64,000 bases of DNA from NCBI GenBank assembly GCA_965644295.1, contig CBFFRP010000380.1, positions 248,001 to 312,000 of the forward strand, given 5' to 3'. Positions 1 through 7,138 of this stretch are shown here, in pieces. Under the pieces are notes generated by a model. The model was not told the DNA's origin. It was given only the letters and a program-made list of their open reading frames with translations, and did no database searches. Numbering within the stretch: position 1 is the stretch's first letter; each line of letters opens with the position of its first letter. The position numbers were made by a program, and so were the translations under genes. The stretch comes from Paraphysomonas bandaiensis (Eukaryota; Protista; Chrysophyceae).

Positions 1-396
1 CGTCGCGAAGAATGTATAGAAATGAATGTAGAATGTGAACATACTTGTATTGTAATTGATGATTTCGGAGCTATGTTAAAGGAATATGAAATAGAACACG
101 CATTAAAGAAAATCATGAATGTCGCCAGACATGCAAATTTATACATAGTGTTTATTGTACAGACCTTTAGAATGATACCAATGGAATTAAGACGTATTTT
201 AACACATGTATCACTTTTTAAACCAAATCCTGAGGAATGGAGTATAATAAAGCAAGAAATGATTATAGATAATCCTGATAAGTTGGAAGCTATATATAAG
301 TATGTTTTTAGTCAGCCTTATAATCACCTAGACTTATATTTAAAGGAAAATGAGATACGAAAAAATTTTAAATTATTACAAATTGATAGTATATAA
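1..396 (+). CDS. A32/FtsK-HerA family DNA packaging ATPase, C-terminal part (5'-partial)
   Basis: Frame is open from base 1. Walker B CIVIDD, then the ARH arginine motif followed by a hydrophobic strand ending in Q (ARHANLYIVFIVQ), then IPMELRR and a terminal KNF, the pattern of PLV/NCLDV A32 ATPases. Walker A lies upstream of the window. Confidence 0.85.
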   Translation, partial: RREECIEMNVECEHTCIVIDDFGAMLKEYEIEHALKKIMNVARHANLYIVFIVQTFRMIPMELRRILTHVSLFKPNPEEWSIIKQEMIIDNPDKLEAIYKYVFSQPYNHLDLYLKENEIRKNFKLLQIDSI

Positions 397-414
397 TATC
401 TGTTCTAATAATAT

Positions 415-1356
415 ATGAAAGACTTTTATACAGATGAAACTTTTACTTATGTGATTGATACAAATAATATGGTATGGGGCGGTGATAATGCTGACTGTGA
501 AATTCCAATGTTAGGCGTGTTACCGTCAGACGTTGAATATTTTATATGCTGCCCTATATTCTTTAATTCGTCCAGTCTTGTGTTATCACATCCTCCATCG
601 TCAGCTATAGTTTTAGAGGCCAAAGATTTTATTGAAACAGGATTTAGTACACATAATAACAGCTCATATAAAGCTATTACACCTCCTATATATGCAGCTA
701 ATACAAATCACGGCACAGGATTATTTAATAATTTAAGTAATATGGTATATGTTGTAAAAAACTTTAATAATAAGACCATACGTTTTACAATGCGTAATTG
801 TGAAGGATTTGAACAGGATGTAATAGCTAATGGCGGATATAAAAAACACTGGACTTTAACATTAAGCTTAACTCCTATTAGGGATAAGGTTCCAAGATAT
901 ATAAAAAATAATAGTTCATTTACATATACAATTACAAATGTAAATGCTGTGGGTAGTGCTAATGATTGTTATATTACTTTACCAACGATTAATGATAATT
1001 ACAATAGCTATTTTGTAGATGTTGTCAACTTTAAAATAAATGCTGACTCTTTAACGACTGGTCAGGATAGATATATTAATTTATATGCTTTTAACTGGGC
1101 TGAAAATGGGTATAGTGGTTATTATAAATATACTGACAGGATGTTAATCGCTGCACCATATATAAAAGCTACAGGTAACCCTAATTATTTTGCTGGTAAT
1201 GGATCAGTATTTAAAATATCCAATATGAAACAACAGAGATATATACGGTTTAAAATGTATTATCCTTATATAGGTAGTGAAGTCCCGAGCGGACATATTG
1301 ATAATGGCGAAACAACATATTATTATATAACGTGTATTATTAGGGGAATAAATTAA
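415..1356 (+). CDS. Putative minor capsid (penton-like) protein with two tandem ~150-aa domains
   Basis: Both halves share FTY.I...N..G...DC.I, a central ETGF/ENGY, then V.N...IRF and a terminal aromatic-rich strand. Beta-rich, adjacent to the ATPase. Jelly-roll fold is inferred. Confidence 0.55.
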   Translation: MKDFYTDETFTYVIDTNNMVWGGDNADCEIPMLGVLPSDVEYFICCPIFFNSSSLVLSHPPSSAIVLEAKDFIETGFSTHNNSSYKAITPPIYAANTNHGTGLFNNLSNMVYVVKNFNNKTIRFTMRNCEGFEQDVIANGGYKKHWTLTLSLTPIRDKVPRYIKNNSSFTYTITNVNAVGSANDCYITLPTINDNYNSYFVDVVNFKINADSLTTGQDRYINLYAFNWAENGYSGYYKYTDRMLIAAPYIKATGNPNYFAGNGSVFKISNMKQQRYIRFKMYYPYIGSEVPSGHIDNGETTYYYITCIIRGIN

Positions 1357-1385
1357 TTTTATTTTCTATAATAATTATATATATA

Positions 1386-1862
1386 ATGGAAAATATGCAT
1401 AGTTTTACTTATACTATCTCTTCTGCTAATGCTAATAGTGGAAATGCCGAAGATTGTTATATAGATTTGCGACCTTTATCTTATAATTATGAGTATTATA
1501 ATGTACAATGCACCGGCTTTATTATGAATTGTGAAAGCATGGACCAAGCAACAATGCCTAATTATGTGCATTTAGTAGCAGATGATTTGGCAGAAAATGG
1601 TTATTATCAGGGTTTTGATTCTAATCAGTGCGTAGTTTCTCATTTATTAACTCATTCTTCAGTGTCACAAATGACTAGCGGCGAAGGTAGCATATTTAGG
1701 GTTAAAAATATGCGACAACAAAGAAGAATAAGATTTAGATTATATGCACCTGATTTAACACCATTAAGTGGCGTTGTAGATGATTCCGATACTACATATT
1801 GGTGTATATCACTGTTGTTTACTCCGGTTATTACCGCACCAGCAAATTTAGAGCTGAACTAA
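1386..1862 (+). CDS. Putative minor capsid (penton-like) protein, single domain
   Basis: Clear paralog of the second half of 415..1356 (SFTYTI, DCYI, AENGY, GS.F..KNM.QQR.IRF..Y.P, TTY). Overlaps the convergent ORF by 15 nt. Confidence 0.55.
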   Translation: MENMHSFTYTISSANANSGNAEDCYIDLRPLSYNYEYYNVQCTGFIMNCESMDQATMPNYVHLVADDLAENGYYQGFDSNQCVVSHLLTHSSVSQMTSGEGSIFRVKNMRQQRRIRFRLYAPDLTPLSGVVDDSDTTYWCISLLFTPVITAPANLELN

Positions 1863-3413
1863 ATCAATATGGGTTTTCCAAAATATAGAACCTGAGCCTA
1901 CAGTTTGGAAATTATTATATGTATGTATTTCAAAAGTCCAATTATCGGCAACATCATTTATAGTAAATATCAATGGTGCTAATGTACATCCAACACAGCT
2001 AACACTTCCCCTATTCGCGTCCCATATACCAGGACCATAAAGGGTAGCTCTATCCAGTGTACCATTTTGCTTTACCAATACACGTGCTCGTATATCTGTC
2101 CATGATTTAATACCCATAATTTCAAATGAAACCTGCAGCATATAACGCCCTGTATACTGAATATAACCGTTTACGTCAATCATATTTGAATCACCACCTG
2201 TTGGCGTTGTACTTAGCTCTGATGATGTCATATAATGACCGCCAGAGCTTGTTTGATAAGTGGTATTATATGACATGGATGAAAAAAAAGTAACTGGACC
2301 GTCTATTTCTTCCCAGTAACATTGCTTTTTACTGGTTAAAGTATCTAAATCTGTTCTATCTGTTGATGTAAAGGCTGTGGTTTGTATAGTGGTGTCTGGA
2401 AATTCTATTTTTTGATAGCAGTTAAAGTGATCACAACGTATTTCATCTATTGCACCACCTGATACAGCTTTTAAAATTGTGTTGGTAGGATATGACCACT
2501 CATTAGCATTGCGGCTTATATCGTCTAGTAATGTACTATAATCAGTGCTAAATGCTGTAGCTTGTTCTGTATTATCTGGGAATTCTATCACGCCGTTCGT
2601 ACCTCTGATATCTAATCTACAGTTAGTGCCTAATAATCTTAACTCTGCACCTGTACCTGTTATATTATATAAGCCATAATTTTTAGTCATTAAAAAGTCA
2701 CTTGTAATAGTTAAATCATCATAACCACCACCAAGATATGATAAGGGTGTTAATGTGTGTTGCATGTTGGATATATCAACAGTATTATTATATATATCAT
2801 TTTCCAAGTCTATTATATCATTTTCTAAAATCAAAATATCAATAGCATTGGCACCGATATTATCCGCATTGGTACTAATATCAGATTGCATGGCTATAAT
2901 ATCAGTTTGTATATCAGATATATCAGCCGCGTTGTCATTTATAGCATTGGCATTTACACTTATATCAGATTGCATGGCCATAATATCAGTTTGTATATCA
3001 GATATATCAGATTGCAAGGCTGCGATATCATCAGTATTAATCAATATATCAGCCGTGTTGTTACTTACATCAGTATATATGGCTAATATATCGCTTTCAA
3101 TCGCCAATATATCGCTTTCTATATTTGATATGTCATTATCATTATTCGTTATCTGTGTTTGAATATTATCACTTACATTATTCAAATAGCTTAATTCTAT
3201 GTCTGATATCTGTACACCGTCGGCCTGTATATAAGCCCCTGTGTTCATGATTATGTCTGTGTCTATGGTTATGTTGTTGGTCTCTATGTTCTGTAAGTAT
3301 ATGTTATTAGCGTTCAGGTTGTCTGCTGAGAGCTCGCCTGTGTTCAGCTCGTCTAAATCAAGGCTCTTCAGTCCGTTTATAGTGGAATACTGTACGGTAT
3401 TTATTTGGTTCAT
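1848..3413 (-). CDS. Virion fibre/spike-like protein (trimeric coiled-coil shaft, beta head)
   Basis: ELSYLNNVSDNIQTQI motif typical of viral fibre proteins, ~120 aa of Ile/Asn/Asp heptads, two IEFPD.T.Q.TAF motifs, C-terminal beta-rich domain. Confidence 0.6.
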   Translation of the reverse strand: MNQINTVQYSTINGLKSLDLDELNTGELSADNLNANNIYLQNIETNNITIDTDIIMNTGAYIQADGVQISDIELSYLNNVSDNIQTQITNNDNDISNIESDILAIESDILAIYTDVSNNTADILINTDDIAALQSDISDIQTDIMAMQSDISVNANAINDNAADISDIQTDIIAMQSDISTNADNIGANAIDILILENDIIDLENDIYNNTVDISNMQHTLTPLSYLGGGYDDLTITSDFLMTKNYGLYNITGTGAELRLLGTNCRLDIRGTNGVIEFPDNTEQATAFSTDYSTLLDDISRNANEWSYPTNTILKAVSGGAIDEIRCDHFNCYQKIEFPDTTIQTTAFTSTDRTDLDTLTSKKQCYWEEIDGPVTFFSSMSYNTTYQTSSGGHYMTSSELSTTPTGGDSNMIDVNGYIQYTGRYMLQVSFEIMGIKSWTDIRARVLVKQNGTLDRATLYGPGIWDANRGSVSCVGCTLAPLIFTINDVADNWTFEIHTYNNFQTVGSGSIFWKTHIDLVQL

Positions 3414-3481
3414 TATATATTATGGTACATATTTTTTTTACTTGATAAAATAAGTACATTGTACTGCATTGTACAGATAAG

Positions 3482-3510
3482 TTATACAGTGTGATATAGA
3501 CACTGTATAA
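3482..3510. other. Perfect 11-bp stem-loop in the viral intergenic region
   Basis: TTATACAGTGT (3482-3492) / ACACTGTATAA (3500-3510), 7-nt loop; function unknown. Confidence 0.6.
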
Positions 3511-3780
3511 ATAAAAAAATAGGTTTATATTATAATAATATTCTCAAGTCGTTCGCGGACATTTCCAAGAAAAAAAAAGCCGCGTGCACTGTACTGAGGT
3601 CGTCATACTCAGTTCGAACCCCAGTAGGGCCATTTTGCACAATTTTTTTTTGTTTTTTTAGCCATTTGATGGCCTTCGGTACAGATAAACGTTTTTTAGC
3701 CATTTACGTTGCTTAGCATGTTTAGCGTACGTATTTCAAACTGCGACACGTTTAAATATCTTATTCATTTCCTCACGTTT

Positions 3781-3908
3781 GTCTTCACTGTTTTTCGTCT
3801 TCACTTTTTTGTCTTCACTTTCTTCGTCTTCACTTTCTATCGTCTGTCACATTATACTTCGTCTTCACTAAATTCTTCGTCTTCACTTTCTTCGTCTTCT
3901 TCTTCACC
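3781..3908. repeat. Short irregular tandem repeat (GTCTTCACT core, ~8 copies)
   Basis: Core at 3781, 3797, 3811, 3826, (3842), 3861, 3879, 3894; spacing 14-19 bp. Confidence 0.85.
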
Positions 3909-4353
3909 ATGACGGTGAAAACTCTAATGATAAGGTCCAAATTATATAGCTTACTATGCCTGTGTCAGTTATACATCTGTATGTAGTTGGATATTTAGTA
4001 TTTTTTACTTTACATTTATTATTATCACATATTGAATATGATCTATTTCTATCACAATGCGTGCCACAAACAAGAAATTGATTTTCGCAAATATCAATAC
4101 AATTGCGTTCTGACGCGAAGTTTTCCGCAATGAAATTTAAATTATTACAACCATTGAAAGGAATTGCTGATATATCTAAGCTTTCATAGTTTATATAAAA
4201 ACCGATGCATTCAACTTCATAGTAATCACATTCCTGGTAATATGGTAATGGTGGTAATATAATTGTACAATCTTCAGGTGTATCGCCGACTGTGTCAGAA
4301 TTCATAGATGTAAAATTATAGATAAAAGATTTATTTCTGGGGAATAAATTCAT
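3904..4353 (-). CDS. Divergent fourth copy of the penton-like domain
   Basis: SFIYNFTSMN..GDTPEDCTI.L, YYEVECIGF.IN.ESLD, AENFA and WTLSLEFSP align by eye with 1386..1862. Confidence 0.6.
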   Translation of the reverse strand: MNLFPRNKSFIYNFTSMNSDTVGDTPEDCTIILPPLPYYQECDYYEVECIGFYINYESLDISAIPFNGCNNLNFIAENFASERNCIDICENQFLVCGTHCDRNRSYSICDNNKCKVKNTKYPTTYRCITDTGIVSYIIWTLSLEFSPSW

Positions 4354-4390
4354 TATATATGATATGTGTTATATATAAATTTAAAATAAA

Positions 4391-4564
4391 TTAAAGCTTT
4401 TTCTTAATTCTCTTTTTCACTGATGTAGCCTTTTTGTTTATCTTCTTGGCTACCTCCTTACGTTTGTTCTCTGCGTGCTTTGTTACGTCTCGTTTTGCTT
4501 TGTTTACTGTTGCTTTAAGAGCTGTATTAATCATTTTGTTAACTTGTGCTTGATTTTTCGGCAT
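4391..4564 (-). CDS. Small Lys/Arg-rich protein (57 aa), possible DNA-condensing core protein
   Basis: MPKNQAQVNKMINTALKATVNKAKRDVTKHAENKRKEVAKKINKKATSVKKRIKKKL. The ATG at 4564 is preceded by the TATAT context seen at the other viral starts; the longer ORF call starts at GTG inside the terminal repeats. Confidence 0.55.
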   Translation of the reverse strand: MPKNQAQVNKMINTALKATVNKAKRDVTKHAENKRKEVAKKINKKATSVKKRIKKKL

Positions 4565-4754
4565 ATATAATAGGTGTATATATTTTTTTACAGGATAATA
4601 GGGAGTAAATACGACATGTCTATATATAGTGTTAAACAGGTCTATTGTTCCGTCTATCTGGTGTGGTTGTTCGGTGTTTATGTTTGGTTTCCGTCCGTCA
4701 ATGTAATATATGTAGTGTTGTATTATTGTATTTATAGTGTTTTTGTGTATTTTG

Positions 4755-5067
4755 AGTGGACATTTTTCTGGACATTTTTTGTTAAAATTTATATTCACAA
4801 CATTTTTTTTGTGTTTTTTTTATATTTTTGTTAAAAATGTCCTTAAAAATGTCCTTCAAAGTGTCCATATATAAGTATATACAGTTACAATATTGTAATA
4901 ATATATATTTGTATTAAAATAATATGTCCTTGAAAGTGTCCTTTAAATGTCCATTATTATTGTAAGTGATAAAGAGTAATACCATAGGGGCAATGTTGGT
5001 GTATATTAATAGTTTTCATAGTCACGGTTAACACTGTACAGGGGGTGAAATCCCCTCTCCTCTCTCT
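4755..5067. repeat. Probable terminal inverted repeat region with iterated (A/G)TGTCC motifs
   Basis: GGACATTT twice at ~4758-4778, six (A/G)TGTCC copies at ~4835-4867 and ~4923-4952, GGGG-TGAAAT-CCCC hairpin at 5042-5055, CT microsatellite end. The partner TIR is not in the window. Confidence 0.5.
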
Positions 5068-5074
5068 TTTTTTT

Positions 5075-5410
5075 CACCGCAAGCACCAAGGTGCAACCAC
5101 TTTCGCTCTGGCCCGGATGCTTGCCTTCAGCAGACAGCCCAATACCCCTGACGGAAATTCACAGAACTAAACACCCTGGATGCCCTTGAGGTGGGCATTC
5201 CCAGATGCCTGTTTATTCATCAAGGCTCAAAGACGTCTACACAAGTGACACTTATTGGTGTCCCTTGTACCACACAAACATTTGGCTGTAAATGGACAGA
5301 ACAATATCTGCTGAGTATATATGTGGATCACATTAGTTTTCCGGAGAAATATCTCCGGTACTTATCCCCCAGAATACCACGAAAAGGTGTGAGTCCGACT
5401 TTGTTGAGGG
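5075..5410 (-). repeat. Dispersed non-coding repeat family A, copy 1
   Basis: Reverse complement matches 59101-59475 (e.g. AACAAAGTCGGACTC, GGGGATAAGTACCGGA, GTGGTTGC.CCTTGGTGCTTGCG) and partly 38868-39000. Confidence 0.85.
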
Positions 5411-5592
5411 AACATTGTTGAAAAGTTCTGAGATTAAAGATTGATAACTTACATTTACATCACTCGTCGTTTTCATCAGACGGAAGCCCGAATATTCTTG
5501 CAGTGTCCGAAAATCTTTCCTTGAAAGTTAATTAAAATTAGTATATTATAACAAAAAGCTAAATTTGAAATGACTGTCAATATCATATCAGC

Positions 5593-6622
5593 CAGGGTCT
5601 GGAAACCATTAATGGTAGTCTAGTTCCCGACAATTATAATGTGGCCATTAATGGCCCATTAATACCTAAGAAGATAATACCGCTCATAATAGATAGTGTA
5701 GCGCTCCCATAATTACTAATTTAGCTAAATAGCAGACTACGAATTGTAACTACTTCTCGCTCTCCACTGGCACATCAGGATCTCGGGCTTCATGGGGGGC
5801 ATATAAGCATCTCATAACATGTAATTGGCTCGTAGGAATAGCAATGACTCTAGACGATATGGATTCAGGTGTCAAATCAACTCTGGACGACTAAACAGCC
5901 TTTCAACAACAACATTAGATTGTGCTTCGATATAAAGCAAGAAACAGTAGCTTTACTCATAGGTACCAAGTCGAGCTCTCTTGGTGACCTCGATGCTATC
6001 AAGAACACGCTGTGTTAAATCAGTTTTTTGTCGTAATAACTGTCGGGTGAGAGTAAACTGGTATTCTTAAACATCTTTAGATCTTTCATCAAGGAATGCC
6101 ACTCAGAAAACACACATAACGCCCGAACGAAGGAAGGTGACTCGGTGGTCCTACAAATCAACTCGGAAGAAGACTCTGTAAATTACACTGCCGTCAACGC
6201 TTTTGACCATCATCGTCGCTTAATATATGGTATAATTACATAGTATAATTATTTATTTTGTGGCGTATTGCAGCTCCTTTCAACCTCTAGACTTTGGGGG
6301 GAAAGAATATTTATGAATGTTTTCTATCGGCGAAGTATGCATATTCTCAATGCTTTTTTAGTATTTTTAGTATGAGTAGATTGTTAGGTTGTTGCTCAGG
6401 AAACTATTTTCTAACTATTATAGCATTAAGTTTGCCGCTGATAATGAACAAAGTTGCCACAAAGTAGCTGTAGCGTTGCATGAACATTTCTTAATATTGT
6501 TTAGATTTCACTCAGTTCTATACATAGCACATATCAAGTATCAAGTACTAGTACATGTCATTAATGGTAGTCCAGTTCCCGGCAATTATAATGGCATTAC
6601 CATTAAAGGCTACCAGGCCCTG
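5593..6622. mobile_element. Non-autonomous hAT-type DNA transposon (MITE, 1030 bp)
   Basis: Imperfect ~25-bp TIRs (CAGGGTCTGGAAACCATTAATGGTA versus reverse complement CAGGGCCTGGTAGCCTTTAATGGTA), perfect 8-bp TSD ATATCAGC at 5585-5592 and 6623-6630, subterminal direct repeat at ~5607-5641 and ~6559-6593. Confidence 0.9.
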
Positions 6623-7138
6623 ATATCAGCGACATTTAGTTTCCTTTTCAAACAGACTATTAAAATTGTATAGTGAACATGAGCGTTAAAGTAAAAAAAC
6701 ACATTTTAAAGAGACTAGCTACAGTAGGGTACATGATAAATGATAACAAGATAGTTGACTATTACAAGAAATATCACGTAAAATGTAGCTACCTACATCT
6801 CATTGATGGCGGGTTTAGGGGGAAAACCGGAATGAAGATATATATGCCTTCTAGTTTGGTATCAGTCAATATCTTTACTTTTCAAAGTACGTGGTAAATA
6901 TGATTATTACACATAAAATAATTGTGGCTAGTTGATTTGAAAATAGCAATCATATTGGGTACGTAATACGAAAGGAGAACAATCACCGTTGCGCAATATC
7001 AATATGGCGCAGACATGTGATCATTCTTATACTTCCTCTTGTGATAAATAACTACATCGGGATGTGAGCAATTCATACACACAGAGAAATGAAGGCAGTA
7101 ATACTCAAAAGATTGATATACCTATATCCACATTTAAC

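Larger units (their letters stand above)
1..5067. mobile_element. Right-hand end of an endogenous Polinton-like virus / virophage-like element (left part outside the window)
   Basis: AT-rich, intronless, tightly packed ORFs unlike the intron-rich flanking DNA. Contains an A32-like ATPase, penton-like paralogs and a fibre-like gene. The repeat-rich non-coding terminus ends in ...CCTCTCCTCTCTCT (Polinton-type CT-3' end) just before a T-run and a host dispersed repeat. Confidence 0.8.

Noticed and set aside
2755-3453. Plus-strand hydrophobic ORFs opposite the fibre gene
   Set aside because: Antisense shadows of the heptad repeat.
3584-3640. Hammerhead ribozyme or tRNA gene
   Set aside because: Three-stem topology, but the CUGANGA/GAAA core is absent and there is no full cloverleaf; kept only as an unassigned structured element.
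4565-4834. N-terminal extension of ORF 4391..4798 and ORF 4574..4834
   Set aside because: Non-ATG starts, running through low-complexity terminal repeats.
5465-5490. CTGATGA on the minus strand as a hammerhead core
   Set aside because: No stem II or GAAA partner could be formed.
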